A DNA stretch of 61,644 nucleotides, filler included, from 6 parts of 6 records of this genome joined end to end with filler, not necessarily neighbours in it; one strand, 5' to 3'. Counted from the whole stretch's first letter, positions 19,172-29,515 are shown. Made by a program: numbers and translations. The notes: generated by a model not told the origin, from the letters alone.

Positions 19172-19212
19172 CTGAACCTGAGGGATATTTGTATAATTAC
19201 TGTATATTTTAA

Positions 19213-19848
19213 TTACGTTTCGAGTATTTTTAACACCTGCGCCGTCATCTCACTGCTTTTATTAGGTATTTCAGCAAGATACATTTCATCTGCGAGTGAC
19301 TTAAAAACTGTATCTAAAATGCTCTTCTGGCTTATGTTCATGGGGACAAAAACGGATTCTCCGAGCGCCATCATACTCATAGCTGTTTTGCAAGCACCCG
19401 AGTCGGCAGATGTGACAGACCTGCACAGAAGCGGTCTCACAGGGTAGATTGAACAGGCCCCACTTTCATCGAGGAAAGCACATCCTACATTGAGAAAAAT
19501 CCTCTCATCTTCGTCCAGATATTTTATTTCTGTGACAAGTTTTTTCATTTTTTCTTTAAGTTTGCTGAGCTCTTCCGGTGGTAGATTATTTATGAGGTAG
19601 TTTTTGATGATAGCAGCTTCCGGAGAGAGTACGGAGACATTGACCCTGCAACATACTGAGCACCCTGCCTTGCAGTCCATATGAGAGCGTTCTTCATCAG
19701 TGACGCAGTCTTTGACTTCTTTTTCAGAATAGTCGAAAAGCTCAAGCATCATTTCAACTATCTGCTCTTCAGTTTTTGATCTGCTGATATGTTTCTCAAA
19801 AATTATTTTGACACTGTTTTGTATATTGCTATTTGAATTTGATATCAT
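19213..19848 (-). CDS. YkgJ-family cysteine-cluster (Zn/Fe-S) protein
   Basis: CKAGCSVCC ... CAFL...GACSIYPVRPLLCR. Confidence 0.9.
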   Translation of the reverse strand: MISNSNSNIQNSVKIIFEKHISRSKTEEQIVEMMLELFDYSEKEVKDCVTDEERSHMDCKAGCSVCCRVNVSVLSPEAAIIKNYLINNLPPEELSKLKEKMKKLVTEIKYLDEDERIFLNVGCAFLDESGACSIYPVRPLLCRSVTSADSGACKTAMSMMALGESVFVPMNISQKSILDTVFKSLADEMYLAEIPNKSSEMTAQVLKILET

Positions 19849-19925
19849 TCTGTCACCCTTTAAAGGATAACAGCCTCTGACAGAGGGTTCAAGGCGATAT
19901 TGATGTTTAAAATATTAACTATAGA

Positions 19926-21500
19926 TCAATCTGATTCTTCGTGGTGCTCTCCGAAATTCTTAGAGCATTTGAGTTGTCTAGGTATGTATAGCGTGAATTT
20001 TGCTCCTTCGCCTTCGACAGAATCAACAGTGAGGTCGCCCCTGTGACCTTCGATAATTCTATTAACTATTGAGAGCCCGAGACCTGTCCCCTGAAATCTT
20101 GTTTTCACATTCGACCCTCTGAAAAATCTGCCAAACACCTTATCTATTTCGTCTTCTGGTATACCTGCACCAGTATCTTTGAAGTCGAGCATCTTATGTG
20201 TATCGTTTTCCCAGTAGATAATTTCTATAGAACCTTCAATCTTGTTAAATTTTACAGCGTTTGAGACAAGGTTGTTGATCACATGCTTAAATGATTCGCC
20301 GTCCACACACATGAATGAACCGTCAGGTATATCTATGGTTACTGTTAAACCTTTATCGGTGATGTCTTTTTCAAGAAGGCTGACAACATCTTCGATCATA
20401 TTTTTTATCTCGACAGGTATGAAGTGATAAGGGTGCTGATTACTGTCAAGTCTTGAAAGAGTGATTATCTCGTTAAAGAGTGTGTTAAGCAGTTTCGCAC
20501 TCCTGTTTATAGCGTCGAGAGATTTCTCTTTTGTTTCGTTGTCACAGTCAGCTCCCTGCTGTATGAGGAGGTTTGAGTAGGCCATGATTTTGGTTAGCGG
20601 TGTTCTCAGCTCGTGGGATAGTGAGTCTATGATATCTGTCTTAAAAAGGTTGATTGTGCTTAGCTCCTCATTGCGTTCCTCAAGCTCTTCTAGGACGAAG
20701 CTGTATTTCATGGCTAGTTTTTTGAGTTCATCTTTCAGCTTATCTTCGTTTTCAAGGATGCTCGATCGCATAACTTCAAAAGCTTCAGCAAGCTCCTGAA
20801 TTTCGTCACCGGTGTTAACTTTGACCTCTTTAGAGAAATCTCCGGTTTTGTATGAGGATGCGGCGCTTGTTACTCTGTCGATATTTTTAAGTACCACCGC
20901 TTTTAGTAAGAAAATCATAGTTATGATTATTCCGAGGAATGAGAAAAAGCCTATGCGGTAATAGTTTCTGTTGTTTTGAGCCAGAGATTGTTCGATTGAT
21001 TTCAGAGGTAGCGTGACTGATATTCCGCCTCTGAGGTCGCCAACGCTATAACCCTGGTAGTCGTGGCACTCCATACATGCATTGTTTACATATAAAGGAG
21101 CCATATATCTGTAGTATCTCTCATCATTCACGGTATTGATTTCGCTGTATTCACGTTCGCTATTGCGAAACGCATTAAGTGCCCGTTTTTCAAATGCATC
21201 AGGAAAGTTATCTGGGTTTATCAATATGTCGCTTGTGATGTGAAAGCGGAAATCTGTCATTACGGCGGCATATTCTGAGAGCTCTTTGGTTGCAACGGCG
21301 GGTACAGGTTTTATGTCATCTCTGTTTTCAGCGACCCATTGTCTGGTTACGACGAGCATCTCAAATAGAGTTTTAGCTTGTACATGAGCCTGTTGGAGAA
21401 TAATCTGCTTTTGACTGACCCAGAAGACATTTGTAGCGATAAGCACAATGACTATAGTCACAGAAGTAACGCTTAAGATCAGTTTCGCAGTTAATTTCAT
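19926..21500 (-). CDS. Sensor histidine kinase with periplasmic heme-c (DUF3365/Tll0287-like) domain and HAMP
   Basis: NP.N.PDAFE, YRYMAPL, CMECH, GDLRGGIS; SHELRTPL H-box; N, G1 (DTGAGI), G2 (GTGLGL) boxes. Confidence 0.93.
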   Translation of the reverse strand: MKLTAKLILSVTSVTIVIVLIATNVFWVSQKQIILQQAHVQAKTLFEMLVVTRQWVAENRDDIKPVPAVATKELSEYAAVMTDFRFHITSDILINPDNFPDAFEKRALNAFRNSEREYSEINTVNDERYYRYMAPLYVNNACMECHDYQGYSVGDLRGGISVTLPLKSIEQSLAQNNRNYYRIGFFSFLGIIITMIFLLKAVVLKNIDRVTSAASSYKTGDFSKEVKVNTGDEIQELAEAFEVMRSSILENEDKLKDELKKLAMKYSFVLEELEERNEELSTINLFKTDIIDSLSHELRTPLTKIMAYSNLLIQQGADCDNETKEKSLDAINRSAKLLNTLFNEIITLSRLDSNQHPYHFIPVEIKNMIEDVVSLLEKDITDKGLTVTIDIPDGSFMCVDGESFKHVINNLVSNAVKFNKIEGSIEIIYWENDTHKMLDFKDTGAGIPEDEIDKVFGRFFRGSNVKTRFQGTGLGLSIVNRIIEGHRGDLTVDSVEGEGAKFTLYIPRQLKCSKNFGEHHEESD

Positions 21501-22192
21501 TTTTTAATTTTGTATCCCACCCCGGAAACTGTTTTCACTATGTCCGGGTTTTTCGGATTAATCTCTATCTTCTGTCTGAGGTTTTTGATATGAACGTCAA
21601 GGCTTCTCGACCATGAGTAGATCGATCCCTTATCCCAGATATCATTCACTATGTCGTCTCTGGATAGAACCTGTCCTGTCTTATTTATAAAGTATAGTAA
21701 GATTTCATACTCTTTCGGGGTGAGGTTAACCTTTTCCCCTTTAATGAAAACCTGCCTGTTTGCCTTATCTATCTGCATGTGGTGAAAGGTTATATTTTCG
21801 TCTGAGATGCTCGTCTCTTCATCGTTTTTATCCGCTCTTCTAAGGATAGCTTTTACCCTTGCTATAAGCTCAATATTTTCAAATGGTTTTGTAAGGTAAT
21901 CGTCAGCACCATACTCAAGACAAACCACCTTATCAGAAACGTTATCTCTGGCAGATAATATCAGTATAGGTACATTAAGCTCGCCTCTGATTATTTTACA
22001 TATCTGCTGACCATTTATGTCAGGAAGATTAAGGTCAAGAATTATCATGTCTGGTGTGTTTTCCCTCGCAAGAGAGAGCCCTGTCATGCCGTCTGCAGCA
22101 GTAGAAACATCGTAGCCCTCAAGGTTTAACAGCAGCCTCAACACTTCAAGAATATCCGGATCATCATCAACAACTAAAATTTTCATACTCAT
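21497..22192 (-). CDS. OmpR/PhoB-family response regulator
   Basis: VVDDD, LDLNLP, GADDYLTKPF, LTPKEYEIL, RSLDVHIKNLRQKIE. Confidence 0.96.
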   Translation of the reverse strand: MSMKILVVDDDPDILEVLRLLLNLEGYDVSTAADGMTGLSLARENTPDMIILDLNLPDINGQQICKIIRGELNVPILILSARDNVSDKVVCLEYGADDYLTKPFENIELIARVKAILRRADKNDEETSISDENITFHHMQIDKANRQVFIKGEKVNLTPKEYEILLYFINKTGQVLSRDDIVNDIWDKGSIYSWSRSLDVHIKNLRQKIEINPKNPDIVKTVSGVGYKIKK

Positions 22193-22360
22193 TTTGTATC
22201 CTCGTGCATACTAATAAAATTACAATAAAATTCAAATAAGTGTATGTAAAAAAAGTAAAGACTTACTCCTTACAATCTTTAGGTACTTACAACATACTTT
22301 ACACCTTCTTTTAATTATTATCTTTAAAATCTATACAGTTACATCAGGAGGTAGACAAAA

Positions 22361-23992
22361 ATGACAAAGATTTCATTTTCTAAGGTCAGCCTTTTCTTAG
22401 TAGCAATGGCTATGTTTCTTGTAGCTACCAGCGCTTTTGCTGTTACATACAAAGACATCGAGCTTGATGCTGCTTCACAGAAATGTGTTGATTGTCACGA
22501 GAAAGAGAGAATCGCTCCTAAGGTTCATGACCAGTACGCAGAGTCAGAGCACGCTAAAAACGGCGTTGGCTGTATGGACTGTCACGATGCAGAGAAGAGT
22601 GATTTCGACGCTTTTACTAAAGACGGACACCCGGTTGTTGCTTCACATCCAACTCCTAAAGACTGTGCAACATGTCACGAGAAAGAAGTTGAAGAGCATA
22701 CTAAGTCCAAGCACGCTTACCCGTTCTGGCTTTACGCCGCAGCGGACAGAGCTGTTTTCGAGCCGATTATCGGTACAAAGCAAGGTTGCGAGAACTGTCA
22801 CAACCTTTCAGCTATGTGGCCTGACGGATCTGTTGGTGAGTGCGACATATGTCACACAAAACACTCATTCGACGTTGCTGTAGCTCGTAATCCTAACACA
22901 TGCGGTGAGTGCCACCTCGGTCCTGACCACCCACAAAAAGAGATCTACTACGAATCTAAGCACGGTAACATCTTTGCAGCTAAAGGCGGCAAATGGGACC
23001 TCAGCTATGACTCATCTGAAGTAGATAGAATTCCTATCGAAGCACCTGTATGTTCTACATGTCACATGGACGCAGTTCCAGGAACAAAAGTTATGTCTAC
23101 TCATAACGTTTCTGAGCGTCTCGCATGGGAAGCACAAGCTCCATGGTCATACAGAACTATCTGGTTCGAAGAAGAGCTAGGAACATGGGAAGAGAAGTCT
23201 GACCGTATGAAGGCTGCCTGCTACTCATGCCACGCTCCTACATTTATCGATGAGTACATCCTCGTTTACGACCTTGTAAACCTTCAGTACAACGAAATCC
23301 GCAGACAGTTTGTCTACTGGATTAAGAAGTACACTGAGCTTGGTCTTGTGAAAGTTCTTAAAGATAAAGTTGTCCCTACTGGCGAAGAAAAAACATTTTC
23401 CGGTACTGTAATCAATGGTTCATGGTACACAGAGGCTTCCGAGCTTATGTACAACTCATGGCACCACGAAGGTAGAAGATTCCGTATGGGATCTGCTATG
23501 GCTGCGGCTGACTATGTTCAGTGGCACGGTATCTGGGAACTCCAGCACAACCTCCAGAAGATGATCGCTTGGGGCGCAGAGCACGGTGTTGAAGAAGCTA
23601 AGAAGATTTACGAAAGTTCATCTCCAGCTAAGTTCTTCACATACAAGATCTACGATTTCCCTGGTTCACTCTTCTCAGTTGTAACAGCAGAGCAGTTCTC
23701 TGTTCCAGCGCTTTACCAGATCATCCCTAATTACTGGGAGAAGGCTAAAGCTAACGTTGAGCAGGCATACAAGAAAGGCTTCCTCTCTGAGAAAGCTTGG
23801 AACCTCTGGATGAAGAGATATAACAACCTCGATGCAAATCTTGGTAAAACATATCCACCACATCCGGTATTCGAAGCATACAAGAAGAGAAAGGATCTTG
23901 AGCTTAATCTGAACGATAAGAACTCCGCTCTTTACAAAGCGATTCATATCGATCTTCCATCTCCGAGCCCAGCCTCAGAGAAGATTAAGTAG
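22361..23992 (+). CDS. hao: Octaheme hydroxylamine oxidoreductase (Hao)-family cytochrome c
   Basis: Eight CxxCH (CVDCH, CMDCH, CATCH, CENCH, CDICH, CGECH, CSTCH, CYSCH); CHLGPDHPQ.EIY.ESKHG and WHHEGRR..G...DY..WHG family motifs; AGGAGG RBS; signal peptide. Confidence 0.9.
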   Translation: MTKISFSKVSLFLVAMAMFLVATSAFAVTYKDIELDAASQKCVDCHEKERIAPKVHDQYAESEHAKNGVGCMDCHDAEKSDFDAFTKDGHPVVASHPTPKDCATCHEKEVEEHTKSKHAYPFWLYAAADRAVFEPIIGTKQGCENCHNLSAMWPDGSVGECDICHTKHSFDVAVARNPNTCGECHLGPDHPQKEIYYESKHGNIFAAKGGKWDLSYDSSEVDRIPIEAPVCSTCHMDAVPGTKVMSTHNVSERLAWEAQAPWSYRTIWFEEELGTWEEKSDRMKAACYSCHAPTFIDEYILVYDLVNLQYNEIRRQFVYWIKKYTELGLVKVLKDKVVPTGEEKTFSGTVINGSWYTEASELMYNSWHHEGRRFRMGSAMAAADYVQWHGIWELQHNLQKMIAWGAEHGVEEAKKIYESSSPAKFFTYKIYDFPGSLFSVVTAEQFSVPALYQIIPNYWEKAKANVEQAYKKGFLSEKAWNLWMKRYNNLDANLGKTYPPHPVFEAYKKRKDLELNLNDKNSALYKAIHIDLPSPSPASEKIK

Positions 23993-24015
23993 TAAATACT
24001 ACAACTCATATCATG

Positions 24016-24042
24016 GCGGGGGGCTTCGGCTCCCTGCCTTTT
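24016..24042 (+). terminator. Rho-independent terminator or mRNA-stabilising hairpin after hao
   Basis: GGCGGGGGGC-TTCG-GCTCCCTGCC-TTTT. Confidence 0.75.
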
Positions 24043-24063
24043 AAAAACAGACGGAGTATTTTG

Positions 24064-24591
24064 ATGAAGAAAGGAATTATTTTAGTTATATTTTTAGTTG
24101 CTGTCGGAGCAATTGTCGGCTATTCCACATTTGGAAATAAGAATCTCGAAGAAGTTGTCGGATATATCGACGGAAACGCTGTTAAGGCGAACGAACTTCA
24201 AAACTATGTAGACACACTCCTCGGGGTGAACTACGCAAAGAAAATGGATACAAAAGAGGGTAGAGAGGAACTTTTTAACCACTATATTAATAGAAAGCTT
24301 CTCATTGAATATGCTAAAAAAACTGTAGAAGAGAAAGACAGCTTTGTTGTTTCTCACACTATGGGGCAGGTTTCAACAGAGTCAGCCTTGCTGAGTGCTG
24401 TGCTTAAAAAAGAAATTAACGATAAAGTTAAATATACAGAAGAAGATGTTAGGTCACTTATCGAAAAAGATGATCGTTATACTAACCTTCAGGATGCGGA
24501 GAGAGAGATAATATCTCAGAAGAGACTTGAGCTTTTCTACGCTTTTATGGATAAGCTTAAAGCTAATCACAAGATCGAACTGGGCAGCTAG
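24064..24591 (+). CDS. Membrane-anchored periplasmic protein, SurA/PrsA N-terminal chaperone-like
   Basis: GGAG RBS; N-terminal TM; VVGYIDG..V, INRKLLIEYAKK and C-terminal LK...KIE pattern; no PPIase domain seen. Confidence 0.6.
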   Translation: MKKGIILVIFLVAVGAIVGYSTFGNKNLEEVVGYIDGNAVKANELQNYVDTLLGVNYAKKMDTKEGREELFNHYINRKLLIEYAKKTVEEKDSFVVSHTMGQVSTESALLSAVLKKEINDKVKYTEEDVRSLIEKDDRYTNLQDAEREIISQKRLELFYAFMDKLKANHKIELGS

Positions 24592-24730
24592 TAGGTTAGC
24601 ACCTACAGGCAAATTTAGAGAGGGTATTTTAGAGTGCCTATTTCGAGCGCTCCTTACAGTCGCTTTATATGCATATATGTTAAAATGGATATCAGGAGCA
24701 CGTTCACAGTTTAGTGTTAATGTACAGGCT

Positions 24731-24830
24731 NNNNNNNNNNNNNNNNNNNNNNNNNNNNNNNNNNNNNNNNNNNNTTAATTAATTAANNNNNNNNNNNNNN
24801 NNNNNNNNNNNNNNNNNNNNNNNNNNNNNN
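24731..24830. other. Artificial contig linker
   Basis: 44 N + TTAATTAATTAA (stops in all six frames) + 44 N. Confidence 0.99.
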
Positions 24831-25115
24831 GCCCTACTTTTCTTTTCAAAAAAAGCTTTTAAAGCATTTTATAGCTACGGGAAAAAACATGAAAGTTTAA
24901 ATGCTGGACATCCAATCTCAGCAATGGCACTTGTTTTAAATGTCTCTTTAGGGGGACCTACTTCGTACTTTGGAAAAGTTAAAGAAAAGCCTTATTTTGG
25001 AGATGGTAAAAAAAATATAGAAAAAGAGGATGTAAAAAAAGCACTGGGTTTCAAACTAAGATTTGATATCTTTATTTTTATAGTTTTAAGCTTTTTTCTT
25101 ATGTTTTCTAAATAA
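24831..25115 (+). CDS. cbiB: Adenosylcobinamide-phosphate synthase CbiB/CobD, C-terminal fragment
   Basis: Frame open from the contig edge: KHESLNAGHPISAMALVLNVSLGGPTSYFG..KEKPYFGDG. Confidence 0.88.
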   Translation, partial: ALLFFSKKAFKAFYSYGKKHESLNAGHPISAMALVLNVSLGGPTSYFGKVKEKPYFGDGKKNIEKEDVKKALGFKLRFDIFIFIVLSFFLMFSK

Positions 25116-26057
25116 TAAATATACAAAAAATGGTGCACCTATAAATGAAGTAACAACTCCAATAGGTAAAGAAGAAGCTGTATTTAAAACCCTTGAAATC
25201 AAATCAGAAAGCACTAAAAATACACCACCATAAAAAAATACTGGCAAAATAAGTTTATCGGCACTTTGTTTGTAAATAAGTCTTAAAATATGAGGAATAA
25301 TAAGTCCTACAAAACCAATTGGACCTACGAAACTAATACTAACTCCAACAGCTAAAGAGATAGTCATAAGAAGTATTAGATTTAATCTATTTACATTTAG
25401 TCCTTTTAAAAATGCAATATCATTTGAAAGAAGTAAAAGCTTTATATCTTTTCTTTTTATCATTGATACAACTAAAAGAATAAGTGCAACTAAAAACACA
25501 GCTAAAGAGCTGTTATAGCCTACTACATCAAGACTTCCAAGGGTAAATCTTACAATAGAATAGTTCTCTTGCAAAGTACTTAAAAAGAATATCAACATCA
25601 ATGCTGATGAATAGAAAAACGATAAAGCAATACCTATTAAAAGAATAGAGTTAGTTGAAGCAAAAGTTGCATTTTTGTTTATCTGTTTTGAAATAAAATA
25701 TAGAATAAAAATAGTGATAAAAGAGCCTAATATACCTGAGATATAAAGAGCAACCATAGGAAAAAATACTATTGAAATAGCTGTAAAAAGTGTTGTTCCA
25801 CTTGCTATTCCTAAAGTATATGGTGTTATTAAAATATTTTTAAAAATAGTTTGAAAAATAAGCCCACTAAGACTTAAAACAGCCCCCACAAAAAAGGCTA
25901 AGATTATTCTTGAAACTCTAAGCTCCCAAAATATCATATATGAAGTAGTTGAACTATCAAATATTTCATTTAAAAAAATAGTAGTTTCTCCAATAAAACA
26001 TGAAGAAAAAATCAATACAACACTTAAAATATAAGCTAAATATTTCATTGAATTCAT
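25086..26057 (-). CDS. FecCD/BtuC-family ABC permease, probably for cobalamin
   Basis: PYTLGIASG, GPIGFVGLIIPH, LPIGVVTSFIGAPFF. Confidence 0.92.
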   Translation of the reverse strand: MNSMKYLAYILSVVLIFSSCFIGETTIFLNEIFDSSTTSYMIFWELRVSRIILAFFVGAVLSLSGLIFQTIFKNILITPYTLGIASGTTLFTAISIVFFPMVALYISGILGSFITIFILYFISKQINKNATFASTNSILLIGIALSFFYSSALMLIFFLSTLQENYSIVRFTLGSLDVVGYNSSLAVFLVALILLVVSMIKRKDIKLLLLSNDIAFLKGLNVNRLNLILLMTISLAVGVSISFVGPIGFVGLIIPHILRLIYKQSADKLILPVFFYGGVFLVLSDLISRVLNTASSLPIGVVTSFIGAPFFVYLLFRKHKKKA

Positions 26058-26752
26058 AGTTTTACCACCAAGTGATTATTTACTACTTCTAGGCAGTTGT
26101 GATAAAACTTTTCTAAAATCTCTTTTGAGAAAAATTCAGAACTTTCTCCAAAGAATTTAACTTTTCCATCATCTAAATATAAAACTTTGTATTTTAAATG
26201 AAAAGCTAAGTCTAGATTATGAGTTATGATTATCTTTTGTTGTAAATACTGTGAGTTAAAAATCTCAAAAGCCTCTTTTACTCTTGTAATATCCATATTT
26301 GCAGTCAATTCATCAAAGATAGTAATCTTAGCATTATGTATAATACTTGAAGCAAGTAGCAAAAGTTGCTTTTCCCCAGAACTTAGGTCATTACAAGCTC
26401 TACTTTTGATTTTTTCTAGTTTTAGTAAAGTTATTGTTTTATCAATTTTTTCTTTATTTATATTCTCTATAAAAGAGAGTTCTAAAAACTCGTAAACAGA
26501 GATATACTCATCAAATATTTCAAGTTTTGGAGGAATATAGTTTATTAGTTTTGCTCTTTGTTCATCATCTAAAGAAGTGATATTTTTACTTTGAAGTGTT
26601 ACTTTATCATTTGAGATAAGATTTGAAAGAACTTTTGCTAAAGTTGATTTCCCTGCTCCATTGGCACCAAGGATTATAAGGTTTTCATTCTCTTTCAAAG
26701 AAAATGAAATATCTTTTAAAATATGATTTGAAAAACTATTTATCTCTAACAT
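26054..26752 (-). CDS. ABC ATP-binding subunit (BtuD/FecE-like)
   Basis: GANGAGKS, LSSGEKQ, IFDE, ITHNL. Confidence 0.92.
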   Translation of the reverse strand: MLEINSFSNHILKDISFSLKENENLIILGANGAGKSTLAKVLSNLISNDKVTLQSKNITSLDDEQRAKLINYIPPKLEIFDEYISVYEFLELSFIENINKEKIDKTITLLKLEKIKSRACNDLSSGEKQLLLLASSIIHNAKITIFDELTANMDITRVKEAFEIFNSQYLQQKIIITHNLDLAFHLKYKVLYLDDGKVKFFGESSEFFSKEILEKFYHNCLEVVNNHLVVKL

Positions 26753-27572
26753 TTACTAATATATCTTTAAAATCTTCCATAAAATAAACTACTCTGTGAC
26801 TAGGAATTCCTGCATACTCTTTGTCTATGATATAGATATTGTCATTTTTACTTGCCTTTACTGGAAGTTTTCTCCAAGGCTTTTTTAACTCATCAAAACT
26901 AATCTTATTATCATGAATATAAGGTGCAAGTAAAATTATAATATCAGGGTTCATATGTATTATCTTCTCAACATTCACAACAGGCTGAGCAAGACTTTTA
27001 GACTTGTATGCATTTTTGTTTCCTGAAGCTTTAATTATATCATTAAAATATAGATTGTTTCCTGTTATGTAAATAGATTTATTCAAGTCTTTTCTTGGGC
27101 TAATTACTATTAAAATATCTTTATCTTTTACTATATTTGAAACTTCATTTAACTTTTTATCAATATTTGAAATAAGCTCTTGTGCTTTGTGCTGTTTTCC
27201 TACAAGTTTTGACACGCTTTTGATTGTAGTTTTTATAGAAGATAAATTATCAGTTTTAAAAGAGTGATAATTTAAATTTAGTTTTTTTAAGTTTGCAAGT
27301 AATTGTTCATCATAGTTTTGAGCAAGAACTAAAGTTGGCTTTGATTTTAACATTTTTTCTAATGATATTGAAGCATAACCACCAACTTTAGGTATATTTT
27401 TAGACTCTTCAGGATAGTTGCAATACTGTGTATTAGCAACTATATTTTTACCACTACCAAGAGCAAACACTATCTCATTTAAAGAAGGAGATAGTGTTAT
27501 AATTCTTTGCTCACTTTGAGTATTGGCAAAAAGATTAACAATAAAAAGAAGAGTTAATAAATATTTTTTCAT
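26736..27572 (-). CDS. Periplasmic binding protein, BtuF-like
   Basis: RIITLSPSLNEIVFALG, YCNYP...PKVGGY. Confidence 0.88.
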   Translation of the reverse strand: MKKYLLTLLFIVNLFANTQSEQRIITLSPSLNEIVFALGSGKNIVANTQYCNYPEESKNIPKVGGYASISLEKMLKSKPTLVLAQNYDEQLLANLKKLNLNYHSFKTDNLSSIKTTIKSVSKLVGKQHKAQELISNIDKKLNEVSNIVKDKDILIVISPRKDLNKSIYITGNNLYFNDIIKASGNKNAYKSKSLAQPVVNVEKIIHMNPDIIILLAPYIHDNKISFDELKKPWRKLPVKASKNDNIYIIDKEYAGIPSHRVVYFMEDFKDILVNVRDK

Positions 27573-29515
27573 TAGAATTTATACTTGATTCCTGCATAAT
27601 ATGTTCTTTCAAAGTTAACTGGATAGATATTGTCATCACTTATCCATAAACCATTTTTACTATCAAAAAGATTTTGAATTTTAGCAAAAAGCTCAATATT
27701 TTTAAAGTTATAAGAAGCACTTAAGTCTGTTGAGTTATAAGCTTCTTGTTTTTGGTCAAAGTTATTTTCAAAATCATTTGCGGCATAGGCACTACTTCTA
27801 TAAGTATGAGATAATATTGTATTTAATTTTTTGTAAGTATATCCTAAATTTAGTGTAAGATTATGCTTAGATACCCCAGGTAAATCTTTTCCATTATAAG
27901 CTCCATTTCCTTCATTTTCTTTATCAATTTTTGAAATAATATAAGAATAGTTAATTGAAGCATACAAATTCTTATTAATTAAATATTTATCAAAAATTTC
28001 TAATCCATATTTATGAGATTTATCAATATTTGTATTAATACCACTAAAAGGTCCTGTTTTATAGTAATAAATTTCATTAGTTAATTCACTTCTGAAAATT
28101 GAAACCTTAAGCTTATTATTTTTTTGAATATTATTATATCCAATAGTATAATTTCTTACTCTTGCCGAATCAATAAAACCATTAAAAGAAGATACAGTTT
28201 CAATCCATGTACCTCCTACATTAGTCCAAGTTGAAGAAAAAAACCTATCAATATCAGGAGTTTGATAAGCTCTGTTATAGTTTGCAAAAATAGATGAAAA
28301 ATCAGATAAAGAGTAATTAATCCCTACATCATAAGCATTTAAATACTCAGCTGTACTTAAACTATCTCCTGCTGACGGATTATAGTCATACTCTACTTTT
28401 TCTCTTCTAAGACCTGCTGACACTTTTAAATCTTTTGAAAACTGATAATCAGCAGATACAAATAGTGCTTTATTTGTCTTGTTTGTAACATTTGTAGATT
28501 TTATTCTATCTCCATCAAAAGTGTCTGCTCCAATTACAATAGAATAATTATCTTTTTTTATATTAAAAGAAGTATTAAATGATTCATACTCATATTGAGA
28601 TTCAGAACTTCCAACAAATTTACTCAACTTATCTTCTCTATTATAGTTTACATCAAATGAGTAGTTTTCATTCAAACTATAAGTTGTACCTAAAGTTGTT
28701 AAATAACTATTAAAATACTGTTCCGTAAAACCATTTGATTGATTTGGATTATTCTTGTATTCATCTTTTGTTAAAGGACCTGCATATTTTAAACGCATAT
28801 CAGAAAGTGTTCTTCCTGCTCTTAACTCTAAGTTTTCAGTTGGAAAATAGATTACTTCAACTTTTCTATTTCTATTATGGTTTGAGTCTTTATTATTTAA
28901 ACTATCTTCTCTTGTTCCATTCGTAGAACTATAGTCTACTAAAGCATTAATAATTAGGTTTTCATTATTGAAACCTAAACTTAAAGTACCACCTTTTGTA
29001 TCGTTATTTCCCATATGAGCCATAACATAGTTATCATTTTTACCATTTGTTATGATATTTATAACTCCTGCATTTGCTCCATCACCATATTGAACAGAAC
29101 CACTTCCTTTTATAATCTCAATTTTTTCAATATTTTCTAAAGGTATTGAAGATAATAATTGTGATTGCATATCAATATTATTAAGTTTTCTTCCATTTAC
29201 TGTTATTACTACATTTTGATATCCATCACCAATACCATATCCTCTTAAATCAATTTTTTGAGTAAAAGTATTACCGTAACTAGGTGCAATATTAATTGAT
29301 GTTTGTGAATTTAAAAAGTCATATATATCTTTAGATTTTGATTTTTCTATTTCATCTTTTGTATAGATTTCCGTTGAGAAAGTTGCTGTTTTTTCATTTG
29401 AACTTAAATAAGAAGATGTAACTTCGATACTTGATAATTGTTCCGTTTGCGAGTAAAGATTTGTTGCTAAAAAAAGCGAAGCAACTACGCTTAAACATGT
29501 AGTTTTCTTTTGCAT
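27572..29515 (-). CDS. TonB-dependent outer-membrane receptor, probably BtuB-like
   Basis: Plug motifs DLRGYG, IEKIEIIKGSGSVQYG; C-terminal RTYYAGIKYKF; start MQKKTT overlaps the upstream stop (TAATG); cbiB and mutase context suggests B12. Confidence 0.88.
   Translation of the reverse strand: MQKKTTCLSVVASLFLATNLYSQTEQLSSIEVTSSYLSSNEKTATFSTEIYTKDEIEKSKSKDIYDFLNSQTSINIAPSYGNTFTQKIDLRGYGIGDGYQNVVITVNGRKLNNIDMQSQLLSSIPLENIEKIEIIKGSGSVQYGDGANAGVINIITNGKNDNYVMAHMGNNDTKGGTLSLGFNNENLIINALVDYSSTNGTREDSLNNKDSNHNRNRKVEVIYFPTENLELRAGRTLSDMRLKYAGPLTKDEYKNNPNQSNGFTEQYFNSYLTTLGTTYSLNENYSFDVNYNREDKLSKFVGSSESQYEYESFNTSFNIKKDNYSIVIGADTFDGDRIKSTNVTNKTNKALFVSADYQFSKDLKVSAGLRREKVEYDYNPSAGDSLSTAEYLNAYDVGINYSLSDFSSIFANYNRAYQTPDIDRFFSSTWTNVGGTWIETVSSFNGFIDSARVRNYTIGYNNIQKNNKLKVSIFRSELTNEIYYYKTGPFSGINTNIDKSHKYGLEIFDKYLINKNLYASINYSYIISKIDKENEGNGAYNGKDLPGVSKHNLTLNLGYTYKKLNTILSHTYRSSAYAANDFENNFDQKQEAYNSTDLSASYNFKNIELFAKIQNLFDSKNGLWISDDNIYPVNFERTYYAGIKYKF

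Noticed and set aside
22361..23992. Hao as evidence for aerobic ammonia oxidation or anammox
   Set aside because: No amo, cycA/cycB or hzs context, and the C-terminal motif looks like the reductive type
24527..24778. ORF-track entries running into N runs (also the ends of 37691..38866, 51787..52299, 52292..52588)
   Set aside because: Their stops come from the linker; the first is a shadow ORF and the others are truncated real genes
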